From NCBI GenBank assembly GCA_977030845.1, contig OZ365112.1:19406001-19470000 (forward strand): a stretch of 64,000 bases of DNA. The letters run 5' to 3'. The stretch's first letter is position 1. Each line of letters opens with the position of its first letter. The DNA comes from Fimbriosthenelais zetlandica (lineage: Eukaryota). Position numbers and translations under genes: made by a program. This document shows, piece after piece, positions 50,301 through 64,000 of this stretch. The notes beneath the pieces are model-generated. The model ran no database searches, had not been told where the DNA came from, and saw only the letters and a program-made list of their open reading frames with translations.

Positions 50301-53300
50301 TTCTTTCTCTTGCTTCATGAGTTCCTCCTCATATTTCTCTTTTGATGGTGACTCTTCAGGAAGGACAGGCAGGGGCTTTTCAACACGTCCATGTTGAATC
50401 TCCTCTACTCTAACAACATGAACTTCAAGCTCAGGTGAATCAAGTAGCAGGTCATCCTCCGATTCACTGCTAACAATACCAGCTTTAGTCTCTTTTGGGC
50501 TCTTTTGATCCTGGCCTTTCCCTAAAAAAGAATCCGTGTCTGGCGAAAGTGGGGAAGCATCATCATCAAGTTTTACTTTCACAAGCACCTCAGCTGAATC
50601 ATCAAACATTGAATCAAATTCACCGAGAGGCTTTACAGTTTTTTTCAAGTCTGTGTCCTCAACAAGGACCTTATCCCTTTCTTCAGCAGTTTCCTCTGAT
50701 TCTTTTACTGGTGCATAAGATGTTGGATAGTCACCTTCATCAGTTTCTTTATGCAAATGTTGTGTGATTGTAATAGCAGGAATTTCATCATCTATTGGTG
50801 GGTCTGGTGCTCTTTCTGATGGCATAGCTGGTTCAAAATCCTCTGGACTCACTGGTTCTTCCTTAGGTATAAACTGCTCAAGAATATGTGGCGGAGAAGG
50901 GGGTGGAGGCAGGTCCTCCCCTGAATCTTCTTCACCAGAGCTTGATGATTCAGAATATTTCCTTTGTGCAGTAAAGATATCAGTAGGTACTTGGTCTGGC
51001 AAATGACTCTGGGGGATCTCTGCCTTATCTGATTCACTCATGCTCTCCTCTTCTCGAGTTTCATAGATCTCATGTTCAATAGGGCTATCATCAACCTGCA
51101 CTGTGGCTTGAGCCTCAACCATTACATTTTGCACAAAGATGGAGGCTTGGGCTTCAAGCACATCTTCCTTTAGTGGAGACGACAACTCTGCATCCTTGAT
51201 GAAGAGGTCTCTGACAGGAGAGTGATCACCTTTGTCAACATCCATTTGTTCTACTGGTGTTTCATCTAGATATCGCTCGGATTCGTCGGGTACTGGAGAA
51301 TGAGGACGCTCAAGGTCCATGCTGACATTTTCTCCCAAAAAGTCTTCTTCCATTTGCTTCACATGTTCAATCACAGCAAAATCACTTGTGGTTGCTTGGT
51401 CAAGTTCAGGATAATCTGCCAGAGCAGCTAACTCCTCATCATCACATTCCATTAGAGAGTCTCCACCCTCTTCAGGTTGGGGTTCAGCAATCTGAATGGC
51501 ACTATCACTGCCATATGCTCCATATAACGGCTGGTAATCTTTCACATCCTCACCTTCTATTTCCATAGGCTGCTGAACATATTCTGGTGGTACCTCAGTC
51601 ACAACAGTACCACTAAATACTGTGTACATAGCATCAGATTCAAGGGCCTCTTTTCCAGAGGATGGTGGTCTGTCAAGAAGCTGAGGCTCCTCCAGAGCTT
51701 GTGGTGTTTGTCCAGAAACATCACCATCAGATTTGGACTGTGTTATTTCAACTAGTTCTTCTTCTAAACTTGAAAGTTGGGATAACCCATAATCCCTTTT
51801 CTGACTTGTTTGGGAAGCTGAGAGCTCATCAACAGGCATTTCAATGTTGTACAATGTCTGGTCCGAAGTCATCATCTTGTCAGTTCCCTCTGGTACATGT
51901 AAAAGACTTTCCATCAAACTCTCAGTCAGGCCAGTTTGATCAACTTCTGTTTCATCAGTGTATGTGTCTTTCAGTGATTGGCTCAGTAATATGTTTTCCG
52001 TATAGTCACGAAAGGAAGCATTAGTTGTCGTTGTTATTGTTTCAGACATACCAGTTGGGATATCTACATCACTCACTGGGCATGTAATATCATCGGTATG
52101 AGTTACAAGCTCAGTGCTTGTTGTCAGTGACTCCTGCATGAGGTCCTCTGAATGGTGAGACTCAAACATCGACCCAGACACGGATCCAATGGTGGTAAAC
52201 GAGGCATCAATATTTGTAGCAGATTCGTCTATATCAGTGGTAAGTATTCCACCACTTGCCTCTGGTCTCAAAGGATCGGTGTCACTTTCAATCAAAGAAT
52301 CCTGTGACCCAGTCTCTTCTAAATCGCCTTCTTTTAGTAGGTCATCAGGTTCTTGTTGGTCCATGACTGGACTAGCAAGAGGGGAATCCACATCAACCTT
52401 TGTTTCTGTAGCGGCCTCACCAACAAGGAGATAGCCTTCCTCTTCCTCAAGTTCTGCTGCTGGTACTTCTTCCACGATTCTCTCACCTACATCAGCTTCA
52501 ATCACCTCAGCTGGTTCAGCTGGAACTTCTTCATGGGTTTCACTTTCTTCAGATTGTGCCTCTTCTGCAACAACCTGCTGCACAGGCACAAATGAAGCAT
52601 CATGTTCAGGGTAGAAATCCACTTCTGTAGGTCCATTTGCATGAATATATTCATCTCCAATATCTTCCACATTTGTTGGGACGTGAACCTCAACGTTTAC
52701 TGTTGGAGATATTTCTGGTAGAGGTTCCACTGCAGGTGTATCAAATGGTGAGATAGGCCCCCGGAAGTCAGATGGCTCACTACTACTGATTGGTGAAGAG
52801 TGTTCAAATGTGGGAGATTCTTCCTGTTCACCAAAGGATGATGTTGTTGGTAATCCATGTTTTTCTTTGACAGGTGGAGGAAACTCAACACCTTTCGATT
52901 TTTCAGGCTCAGATGCTTCTGCAAATGCTGCAGCCCCTGCTGCTGCTGTTATTCCCATACCAACCCCAAATGCCATACCTTCAAATTCAAAACTAGTTTT
53001 CTGCTTTTCTTGTTCCAACTCTTTGAATTGGGTTGATGTTGTGACATACTCCTCGTAACCTTCTAAATCGTCCTCACCGACTAACTCAAATGGGCTACTG
53101 GGTCGTTCCTGTTCTTTTACAGATTTTACAGCTGTTCCCTCACTACTGCTTTCTGATTCAACTTCTTCAAGGATTGTAGCCTGAATATTGGTTGGTGACA
53201 TGCTAACCAAGTGCATATCAATTGGTTCCTCTTTCATCTCCTTTGTCCTACTTTTACACTCCCCTAATTCTGACTCAAATACTTCATCCTCTGGACTAGA

Positions 53301-56300
53301 TAGGATTGCTTTGGGCTGACTGTCTACAGTTAGTGTTTTCTCTACTGTGTCAGGAGAAATATCATAATCTGCAACTACTCTTGAAATAGCACCAGAATCT
53401 AAATCATAAGTGGCAGCGAGAATGGTAGGTTCTGCTGATGTGTCAGAAGATGAAGAGGTTTTCACAAGCTCTTCACTCGATATTGACTCAACAGGTTTTG
53501 GTGTGCAGATCTCAATATGTTTTATCTTTGTGAGAGCCTCAGCAGCTAAGACTGGGGAAGGAGGTTTTTGATGTGATGAGTCAGTTTCATCTTCATCAAC
53601 CTCGTATTGTTTTTGTTGTGCGGAGATACTGTCACTAGAAGAATCAGGTGTCTGTTGTACAGTTTCAGTTTCTTTATCTTCAATGAATTCACTTCTTTCC
53701 TCAGTTTCTTCCCTTTCTTCCTCATATTCATGCTCTATATGTGAAACATGTGGTGGTAATGGGGAAGGTGCTAAGTCCACTTGACATTCAGCAACCATTT
53801 CTGCTCTCTGATCACCATATGGTTCATCTAAATCTTCACTATCCAAGGATGCTGAATCTGTATGCTCAAGTGAAATTGCTTTGGTCACTGATGGAATATC
53901 TTCCTGCACGATAGGACTAGCTTCAGCAGGTGTTTCAAGTACATCAAATGTTTCACTAGCTGTTTCTATAACAGAGGCCACATTTGATGTCACCCCAGTG
54001 TCTACAGAAGTTTCATCAGTCTGTTTATTCACATCTTCACTTTCTTGCTCATATTCAATTTCTCCTATTCTGAAACCCGTTGTTTCGGTTTGCATGTCAG
54101 AAGATAGTTCAAATTCATGACTGCATCTCTCCATAATAGTGTCGATCACCTGAGCCTCATAGGCTTTTTCGATACTTTCATGAGGCTCAGAAGTACTTAG
54201 TTCTGGTGATTCCTCTTGGATATCAGCCTTTTCAGTTTCTTTTATTGGTTCTAGCAAAGTGGTTGAAGTCGGTTCTTGAGTAGAAATTGGCTCTGATATC
54301 ACATAACCATCCTCAGAGTGGGATTCCATCTTTACAGATTGAATATCAACAACGGTATCTATGTCTTCAGTTATTTTCTCAGAGGCTTGTTTGGCTCCTT
54401 TTTCCTCTGGCAGTTGTTCCACGTGGTGCTTATGCTGGTCTCTTTTTCTTTCATCAACATCAATTCTGTCTTTTCCAGCAAATGCCATATTATCAAAGGA
54501 CATGAATTCAAGTGTTTCCTTCGGTTCTGCTTCATCAGATTCAGCCACTTGTTCTGTGGAAATTTTCGTGCCCTCAGTGGAACTCTTTTCTGTCATTTGC
54601 CCATCTGATGCCTTTGTCATGGCTTCTGCAGTAATAACATCATCTTGACCAGTTGGAAGCGTCCTTTCCTTGGCAAAGTTTGATGATTCAGGATCTTCAA
54701 CAGTTGGAGAAGTAGTTTCACTACCTGGGGATAACCCTACAGTAGGTCCCTCAACTGTTTCTTCTTCCTCTTCTTCTCCCTCCTCTTCCATTATTTCATC
54801 ATATTCACTAATGAACTCACTTGGGGACAGACCAACAGCTATTTTCATTTTGCGAGGGTCTCGAGCACTGTCATAAACAGGGGATAAATCTTCACTTAAA
54901 GCCTTTTCTCTGCTTGGTGATATAGGTTCAGGGGGGGAATGGGAAACTGGGGAGGCAGATCTATACTTATCCAAGTCAAGACCAAAAGATTCTTTATCTT
55001 TTGTAGTGGCAGAAGGGGAGAAGGGTTCCTCCACCTCCACATCCGTACCCTCAGTGCCAACAGATTTCCTATCCTCCTCTGGCACTCGGGCTGCAGGCTC
55101 TAAAGAGAGTTAATAAGGAAGCAATGTGTTAGTTGCTGCTATAATGCAGCACTCAAAAACAGCACAAAGCTTGTGACTCCAAATACGGACTGATGGAAAT
55201 ATAACATTATTTCATGACATCAGTACCTTCACTATTTTTCATTGTCATTTCATGATTTTGCTTTTCTTAAGTTAGAACCTTTATGACTTCCAAAGTGGTT
55301 ACTCTTCCAACCCTTACAGCATTTGCTTAAATGATATTCTAGAGGATATCTTGCCCTCTAAATTTTGTGAAATTCGAAAATAAAAGTTTGAAAGCAGTGA
55401 GGAAGTTTTACAAAGACTGCAAATATTGTAGTGTTTTACAGAAAGCAAGCTCGAGTAACATGCATTGCATTACAGGCAAAGTGGCTAAAACTCACCTGCA
55501 AAATAAAATTTAAGTACAGACGTTTTAAATGTAATAAAACATGTAGTTAGAAATCAATACCAAAAGACATGGACTGATAACAGAAGGTGTTGAGTCAATT
55601 ATAGGAGGTGGCCATTAATATAACAATCATAACAATAGATGGTGGCCCTGTGTGACACACACTATGTGGAAGCACTGAAGAAGCAATCAAACATCAAGGG
55701 AAAATACAAGGTTTCTACCTTTAGACAAATGAACATCCTCAAGACGTGCCATTTCGGAACTGGAAGTACTCATGGGATCTTCCTCTGTCGGGGCATCCCA
55801 AGTGTCTGATACAGGCAAGGAAGCCAAATAGAACAGGTTAATCAATATCCAGGGAGACCAAAATTCGATAGGACTATAGACAAGAAACAATTGGAAATGT
55901 CACACGTGTTAATTTGATTTTTACATTGGGAACATTGATGCATTAAGCTGATCAAATAAAAGCCTGCTATGAAATAAATATTTAAGGGAACAACGGATAA
56001 AGAAGAGTGCCATTGACAGATAACAGAAAATAAGAGGAACAAAGGATTAAAACAAATAGGGGACCTCACAGATGATAAATGAGAATATATGTAAGGAAGC
56101 CTAGATAACCTAGTATACCATGGAAATGATGGCAATGAATGTAATGCAGTAAATAGGAAAAAATACATGAAAAGCAAACCAAAAGAATTGACTAAAGGCT
56201 GAACAAAAAGAGTGAGGAAAATAAGTAACCAACAACTTCAATAGCCAGAGAAAAGACAAAGGCATCTAGGTACCTTTGTCAGCAGATGCCTTGGCTCTTA

Positions 56301-59300
56301 AATCTTCAAGGCTTTCCAAATGCATGACTTCATCTGGAGACGAATAGTGTCGCTGTCGTGGGGGGAAATCATCCATTGCTCTTGTATCATGAGAGGCCTC
56401 ATAAGATTGAGATCTCTCCAATGATTCTCGGTCACCTTCTTGTGGATAAGCTATTGCGTCATCTTCGTCCTCCTGACCAACATGGTCTAAACCAGACTCA
56501 AAGGTAAGATCTATTGGAGATGGATACTTCTGTAACTGGCCTGGGGCAGGAGCAGACTTATGAACCGGTGAGGAATCGTCACTTTCCTCCTCAAGTAGAG
56601 GTTCCTCTTGATCTTGTTCTTGTTCTTGACATGACTCATCAACCTGCATAGTTTGAATTGGAGGCCCAACATCAAAGTCGTCATATTCTTCTGCTTTTTC
56701 AAGTTCTTCATCATATGTTTCCTCTTTGGGTTTTGTAGCAGAATCAGTAATTGTTTCAACAGGACTTTCTTTCTCTGTTTCTTCTGCTCCTTTCTCTTTT
56801 CGGTCAAATTCTGCTTCCAATTCTAAGAGTACACGCTCTCTCTCATCAATATCTTTTTCATCTTTGGATGCAGCTTCTTTCATAGTTTCTTTGTAAACAT
56901 TTTCAATGTTCTCAAAACTTGACGACCTATCAGCCTGGGTCATGAGGTGCAGGTCAGCATGACGTGTGTCAAACCTGTCACCGATTTCAAGCTCCTCACC
57001 AGGTATAACACTGGAATCTTCATACTCAAGGTTGGTTTCTGTGTATATGTCTTCAAAGCTGGATGTTTTCAGGCGATGCTTCTCCTCTAACTCAGCACAC
57101 TCATCAAATAATGTCTCTCTATGCTCTATGCTCTCACTTTGTTGAAATCGAACTTCAGCCAGTGTGTCTGATTCAGGCAATGTTGAGACTAGAGAGGATG
57201 AATGTCCATGTACTTCAGTTACAGAAGGTTCAACTTGTATAAGTGATTCAGAGACAATGTATACATTATCTGACATTGGCATGGGAGCAATTGTTGTCTG
57301 GGGAGGTGTAAAAACAGTTTCTTCCATGTCTTTAACCTCTGTTTCTGCTTTGGTAGTCAAGGATGTGGGTTTGACAGGCAACATCCATTCACATGGTGCT
57401 TGGTCACTAATTGGATCACTCAAGCCCCTTATTTCCTCCGGATCTGCTGCTGCTGTTAGTGTAAAGAAAGAGATTTAAATGAAGATTTAGGTCCTTTGCC
57501 TAAGAGTGCAGCTTCAAAAGTAATAAAATATGATAAAAGAATGATTAGAAAGAGTGATGCATGTACTGAGGTAGAGCCATCATAAAACTAACAAAGTTTC
57601 CAACAATAAGGTCCCTTGTATTTCTTAGAAGTAAATTATCTGTCACAAATTTGTGATCATGCAGAAAATCATTAAAAATCTTAAGTAGTGGGCATAGTCA
57701 TTTTGAGCACTCAATCATGCTGTTTATGGTTAAAATAGCAGAAAAAACGTTAATTGGTTAAACAGGATAGAATTAGTACAGAACATTAGTATGAGGGCAT
57801 ACCTGGCATGTCTGATTGTGGAGTGATTTCAGGGGACTTTTGGGGTGATTGTGATGGTTTAACAGCATCATAACTATCAGCACCTTCACGTACATCATCA
57901 GTGACCAATGTAAAGTCAGACGGAGATGGAGGTCTTTCTTCAGGTGGCGTACTAACACTTGGGCTACGTTGTTTTTCAATGCACTGCTCAATAAATATTT
58001 GTTGTGAAGTGTCTGCTTCCAGCCTCACTTCGGGTTCATCCTCAGCTTCAGCTTCAGGTTCCAAGATGTACTCGGTTGGTGAAAGCGGACGCTCATCCTC
58101 ACTTACATCATCATGCATTTCTTCATCCTCTAGTGATTGCCAAGGTTTCTTCTGCTGGTATTCCTCTTGTGGACTCTGTGAATCAAGATCACTAGGGGGT
58201 TGAGAATCACGATGAACCTCCATTGAGGAAGAGGCTTCGAGATGTTTGCGTATGCCCAATGCTTCCTCAGATGTGGTAGATTGTGCTGACTCAGTTGAAG
58301 CTCCCTTCACCAATTCACGGTCAGGTCTGTCTTCAGATAGCTGGCGTGTTATAGAGGTATGGTCTTCAGAGATGGTGACTTCATGTTGAATTACAGCCTC
58401 TTCCTGAGCTTCTTCCAAATCATATTCGTCTACCATGACACCTGAAAAGCCTTTGGGAACGTACATTTCATCTGAGGATGGGCTCTGTGTCATAGGGCTT
58501 GCAGCTTGAATTGAGATCTCTGGTGCAACAAGACTACCCTGCCCTGCACTAAAGTCTATAACATGAGGCCGAGTTGCTGTGTGTTCTTCAAATGCAGACG
58601 TCACCATTGTTACAAAAGGTTCTTGAATAGATACAACCTGGCCATCAGAAATATTGTCTTCCAATTTCTCTGATGTATCATCAGGAGTAGCTTTATACTC
58701 AGTAACAGTGGTTTCAATCACAACCTCAGGTGAGGCTCCATGGTGTACAACTTCAGGAGGCTCCTTTTCAATGACAACTTGCTCTTTCCTTTCTTGTTTG
58801 GTGATTTCTTCTTGCTTAGAGGGTTGAATTTCTGAAACATCAATGTAATCAGGGAAAATAAGTTTAGAGTCTTTGTTACTATCAACAGTGTCAGATATCA
58901 CCAGAGCACCCTCTATTTCAACAACATGGGAGTAGTCTGTTATGCCTGATGTGCTTCCCTCTGTTTGAGGCTCCACATCACGACTACTTTGACTTGCAGC
59001 TAGGGTAAACCCATCACTGACTGAATGTTCACTATCATCGATTACACCAACATCAACACTTTTCTCATGCGTTTGCTTCTCAAATTGGTCTGTTACAATA
59101 GTTTTGTCAATTAGTGCATCACTTTTCAGTAAAACAGTAGTGTCATCCACTTTTGGCTGCTCCTCCAAAGGTGGTAGACTTGACACTGATTCAGTGATGG
59201 CCTCTGATTTTGTGTATTGCCCCTCTGCCTTTGATGTTTCCTGTTGATCATCAATTAATGACCTAATTGGCATCACTGGGGCCAGGCCTAAAAAATGAGA

Positions 59301-62300
59301 CGGTAAATCAGAAGTTTGGCCTGTTCTTTCCCCTGGTCCACTTTCTTCAGCTTGTTCAGGTTTGGGTATATCATCTTCATCAACAACATCAGCATGGCTG
59401 GCAGCTGTATCGCTTATATTGTCTAGTGAAGATGCTTGAAACTCACTATGGACTGGTGACTCTCCTGCAAATGCATCTTCTTTAAATTCAAGTGCTTCAG
59501 TTTCACTGTATACCACAGTTTGCTCTTTAATGTCTTGCATACCAGCATCAGGTCTACTCTGGGTAGTCACATCATGCTTTTGTGCAACTTGCTCATCCCG
59601 GGGACCTTCTGCTGAGGGGATCATCTTCTGAAGATGTCCAGTCTCAGTGTGTTCAAAACTCCCTTTGACGGGAGTTTCAGTCAATTCCTTGGTGTCTGTA
59701 TTGTCTTGTGACAGTACAAATTTGTCATGTTTGTCTGGTCCAGTTTTTTCATGAGTCTCTTTTTTCTCTACATCATTATCAGGTATATCTTCCACCTCTT
59801 CTTCTGACATTTCACCAGTATCCGATATATCTTCTATTTCAGCCTTTTCAACTAGGTCAGAATCCTGGCTTGTTTCTTCAATGTCATCTTGGACTTTTCC
59901 AGTGGAAGATTCCTTTTCTTCAAATATTTTATCAGACATTATTGGTTTCTCTACAAAAACCTCTTTTTCGGGTTCTGGAGAAAGCAAATATTGGACATCA
60001 GAATGCCCTTCTGTAGAGTCCTTTCTTTGCTCTACAGTACCAAGGTCCATTTTTTGGTTGGTAACATCAGCTGTAAATCCAGCAACAGCTGATTGCTCAG
60101 AAAGTTGTGAATAAAAGTCCTTAGCTTCAGACTCTGATATAATGTCATAAGTCTCTTCAAATGTTACTAGACCCTCAGATGCTTTTTTTATGTTAGATTC
60201 ATCGCTAGACTTAGCAATTTCAAAATCTTCAGTTAGTGCTTTACTTACCAATGTGTCCTCTGAAAAATCTATACCCGTTTTGGAAGACACTTCAAAGGTT
60301 TCAGCTAATTTGATAGTATCTGTTTTCCCGGCTTTAAAAAGATCATCCAACCTTTCTTTTGCCTCAAAGAAATCAGCATCTCCCTCTAACTCTGCACCAG
60401 ATTCATAACTAGCTCCCATATCAACAATAGGTTCTGTGTACTCTTCGTCACTTTCGCCACTTACTGGGACAGTTTCCCCATCATCAATAGGGGTACCTGA
60501 TGTAAATGAATCATCCATACCAGATACTCCTGAAAAGGATTCATGCATTGCTTCGGTTCTGTACTTTTCTGGTTCTGAATAAACAGACCCCATGAATGTG
60601 TCAGCTGATGCAGCTGATGTGCTGGATTCAAACATCTCTGGAGGAGGCCTGTCACTGAGGGAATCCTCCAGACTCTCTTCTTCAAGTGTGTGGGTACTTT
60701 CATCTTTTTTCATACACAATTTATTTTCTTCATATTCATCCTTATTTTTGTCAATATGGTCATCAGCATCTATTAATAATTTATCGGGAATTTCTGGAGA
60801 TGTAATGGTTTCTGGTTTCTTTTCTGAAACCTCTTCATCTAACTTTGATGGCGACATATCAAGGGAATCGACAGATGTCTTCATGTCTTTCGAATCATTC
60901 TTCTCGTCAGGCTCTGAGATTTCTATTTGTTTTTCATGGCATGTCTCCAGATCTTTAGTACTATCAATTGCAGTCAGGTATTGATCGAGCTCCAAAGCAC
61001 ATTCTGCTACTTTAGGGACAAGCATAACCTCCTCAACTTCTTCACCAGAAGATGAGTCTTCAACCAGTGCATCCCCAGTGCCTGATGTTGTATAGATAGG
61101 TTCAGATGGTTCACTTCCGGAGCTGTCATCTGGAGCAGTAGTCCAGGATTCTGCCATTTTCCTTGCTGTCACCTCATCTAATGATTTCTGTTGGGCCGCC
61201 AAAGGAATGACAGTTTCTTCCTCAACAGACATAGAGGGCTGACAAGGTTCAGAAAAAGCAGATAATGCTTCAGGGCCGTGCTCCGGAATATCAACTTCTG
61301 TCTCAGGGGCAGTTGCTTTTAGCTCTAGGAATGTCTGTGTTTTCTTAATTTGAAACTCTTCAAGACTGTCAGTTTCAGAAAGTTCATCAGACCCATCCTG
61401 ATCATGATCATCTTGGTCACTAATACGAGGAGGCTTAAAATGCTCACTCACATCGGATTCTATATCTTGCATAATATGATCTTCTATTTCTGAGACATCT
61501 GCTTCATCTCCAGATGCCATTTCAGTCTTGGGAATAGCTACCTGTGTGTCTACAGTGGGGGACTTAGCAGGTAGCTCTTTGTCAATATCAGGCTCTGATT
61601 CAGGCTCCTGACTAGGAGCTTCGGAAATGTCATCTTTGCTTTCAATTACATCAAGCTGAGTAGATTCGGACACAGATTCTGACTTGGAAGCTGGTTCTTC
61701 AGCTTCATCTATAGAGAGAAGTTGGGTCTGTGGAACATCTCCCAATATGGGAGCTTTTACTTTAATACCAGTCTGAGTGTCATATTCAATGACAACATCT
61801 TCTTCTTCAGAAGAATCACTAACAGTGTCATCATCAGGAATACTAGTAGGTGACACAGGACAAGCAGATGATAGTTTTATAGCACTATCATGTTCTTTCC
61901 CATCTAAGATAGATAGGGCAGGTTCTGAATCTTGAAGGCTTGACTTCTGAGATATGCAAGTTTTGCCTGGGTCTGCCATATCAACTGTTTCCTCATCCAG
62001 TTCTTTTTGTTCTGTGTAGATAATACTAGGGGGTGCCTGTAGAAGTGGCTCTTGAATCACATTTTCCTGTCCAGTCAAGGCTGCACTCTCAAAATCGTGC
62101 ACAACCTGAGGTTCTGAATGTAGCAAAGGGTCATCTACAGGTTTGTCCTCCTCTTTCACTAAACCATCCTTGGGTCCAGATGCACTCAAATCCTTTGAGG
62201 CACAAGTGTGTTCACCAAGAGATGATTCAGTGCCAGGGGCAGTTGTCATAATCAGATCCATGTCACTTTCCCTTTGTTCACCTTCTGCACTTGCTTCAGG

Positions 62301-64000
62301 AGCCACGTCTACAGAAAGAGCTGTAGATCTATCAGCTAGTGTGACAGATTCAGGAGTAACTTGTGATTCACGGCTAGATTTACCTTCATCGTACATTTCT
62401 TGTTTGCCAGAATCATATGAACCTACTTCAAACCCTAATCTCATGCTCGACACATCGTCCTCAGTAAAAACAATAGCACCAGCTTGTAAACCAACTGTGG
62501 CAGCAGCCATTGCTGCATATAATGAGGGACTTGTCTGTGATTTGTCCATTTCATTTTCAATATCAGAACGGTCATCATCTAATTCTGATTCTTTAGTGTC
62601 AGCACTAGAGGCCGCCGACACATCCTCATCTGAATCAGGCTCACAACTTTGTGATTTGCTGTCATCTCCCATGGCAATTTCCAAAACCTCACCAGCTTCA
62701 AGAAATTCTGGCTCTGTCAGCTTTTCTTCAAGAACTGCTTCAGGAGCTTCTCCATCTGGGCTAGGTATTTTGTCCCACTTAGATTTGTGCCTCCTGTCAG
62801 ATTGCAAATCATCTGAAGCCTCAGTGTCTATTTCCTCCCCTCGATCAGTATCAAGGGAAACAGAACTATCAGCATCCCCAGGGGTACTGGAAAGCTGATG
62901 AACAATGTGTTCTTGAATAACAACTTCATCCATCCATTCATCTGTCAAAATCTCTTCCACATGGTCAATTTGTAGTGGGCTTTTTGGTTTAGGAGGGGAG
63001 GATTTACTGTCAGTAGACACTGTTTCGACCACCCTGTCTACTGCAAGCACTTGTTGCTCCACAACACCAAAATCTTGAGTGATTGGCTGAAAAATATGAT
63101 CTTTGTCACACTGTTCTTCACTAGCTTCTTCACCTTCAGACAAGCTTGTCTTTTCAATAGCAGCTATACCCTCTTCAAATCCATATTCCACCTCTTTTTC
63201 ATCTACAGATAAGCCTTCCACAGCATAATCAGATGGTATAAATGTCCTAGTGCTATCTGTTATATCATCAGCACTCAGATAAGACGGTTCATCTTTTAAC
63301 CTTTGTTCAGAACTTGGTCCTCCAAAGGTGAGTGATGAATGTTCAACAATTTTCATGACATCACCATAGGGGTATTTTTCAATGTGTTTGGACGAACTTT
63401 CCTCTTTGGATGTATCAAAGTAATAGTCCTCTGACTTTTCATAGTCAGTATCTCTTTGCAATATTGGTTCACATAATTCTTCAGCTGGGGATGGAATAGT
63501 AACAGCCGGGAAGAGTGTCTCTGCCATCTCATCTTTGACCTCGTCAGCAGGAGAGGCCACATAATCAGAGGATATCATCGAGGGTGATATTCTAGAATGG
63601 TCAAGACCAGGAACAGCTTCTTCAGCAGGTGAAGGATGGGCCTGTGAATAGGATGCTTCAGCAATTTGATCATGAAGGAAAGAATGGCCAGAAATTGGGG
63701 ATGGAGATTCAGTAGCCTCTTTAGCTGGAGATATAGTTTTGTCTAATTCAGAATGGAGAATACTGTAAGATTCAACCAAATGCAGGGGTTCAAGGACAGA
63801 TTGTGATGCAGAGAATTCTACATCAAATTGGGCCATGCTTACTTCGCTACCAATACAAACATCTTTTGACAACTTGACAGGTGATGGAGTCTTCTCTTTG
63901 AATAAGTTGGGTTCTTTCTCTACCTCGTTCACAGGAGAAGGAGACTTCTCTTTGTGTGCATTGGGCTGAATATCAACGGCTAATGCCTCTGCCTCTCTAA
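41395..64000 (-). CDS. ANK2: 3' portion of a giant acidic protein, most likely giant ankyrin (Ank2/unc-44-like); 5' end outside window
   Basis: Exons (>=64000)-57803, 57452-56274, 55805-55719, 55099-47132, 46140-46087, 44748-44644, 43938-43834, 42385-42316 and 41602-41395 all join in frame through GT-AG sites (about 5,320 codons). The sequence is Ser/Glu/Asp/Pro-rich low complexity. The terminal exon LVMKKQVHKKTIIRDGKEEVLVTEDTHIEQD..PEELRESMQQVIDQF resembles ankyrin C-terminal tails. No ANK, ZU5 or death domains are in the window, so the name is tentative. Confidence 0.65.
47132..55099 (-). CDS. giant internal coding exon, 7,968 nt, phase 1-1
   Basis: Acceptor ctctctttag/AG at 55099 and donor CGAG/gtagta at 47132. 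It lies within the uninterrupted 2679-aa ORF and is in frame with both flanking exons. Confidence 0.85.
50044..50106 (-). repeat. coding 21-bp tandem repeat x3
   Basis: Three units of cctat(c/t)tcag(a/t)cttttcctct encode EEKSEIG-EEKTEIG-EEKSEIG. Confidence 0.9.
56274..57452 (-). CDS. 1,179-nt internal coding exon, phase 1-1
   Basis: Acceptor tacactaacag/CA (cagcagcag, so NAGNAG alternatives are possible) and donor AAAG/gtacct. It covers the 385-aa ORF. Confidence 0.8.
57803..64000 (-). CDS. second giant coding exon, >=6,198 nt, truncated by window end
   Basis: The frame is open from the window edge (..REAEALAVDIQPNAHKEKSPSPVNEV..) to the donor CCAG/gtatgc at 57803. Confidence 0.85.

Noticed and set aside
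47389-63562. Many antisense ORFs of 60-250 aa over the giant exons
   Set aside because: They are expected from the Ser/Glu/Asp codon bias of the sense strand.
47132-64000. SxIP/SxLP EB1-binding motifs (TSIP, SHLP, SDLP, STLP)
   Set aside because: All sit in strongly acidic context, whereas functional SxIP sites need basic flanks.
17062-64000. Functional link between METTL14 and the nearby giant exons (long exons are m6A-rich)
   Set aside because: The writer complex acts in trans, so proximity gives no evidence of a system.
1-64000. CRISPR arrays, prokaryotic defence operons, rRNA, autonomous transposase or reverse-transcriptase ORFs
   Set aside because: None was seen: no regularly spaced repeat-spacer arrays and no catalytic motifs in the long ORFs.

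Overview
Eukaryotic, AT-rich, intron-containing DNA from an invertebrate bilaterian. A marine lophotrochozoan or ambulacrarian is my inference; the species cannot be fixed from the sequence. There are no prokaryotic operons, CRISPR arrays or rRNA. Gene order, with exons assembled by hand from GT-AG sites and checked for frame: NUDT1/MTH1 (-), an intronless somatomedin-B plus Methuselah-like family-B GPCR (-), METTL14 (-, 10 exons) head-to-head with CHCHD1 (+, 3 exons), a possible unannotated spliced gene (-), ADMP (+, 5 exons), and the 3' part of a very large acidic protein gene (-) that is most likely a giant ankyrin. That gene has about 5,300 codons in the window, two giant exons and a run of phase-1 cassette exons. 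I see no proof of a wholly new biological system. The best leads are: (1) a perfect BMP/Smad-Schnurri silencer consensus inside ADMP coding exon 1; (2) a 504-bp foldback element with CAC termini and a 5-bp target duplication, which is Transib/RAG-like; (3) the modular giant-exon architecture and repeated short motifs of the ankyrin-like tail; (4) an unidentified candidate gene in the slot where Pinhead often sits next to ADMP. No database searches could be run, so all identifications rest on recalled family motifs.
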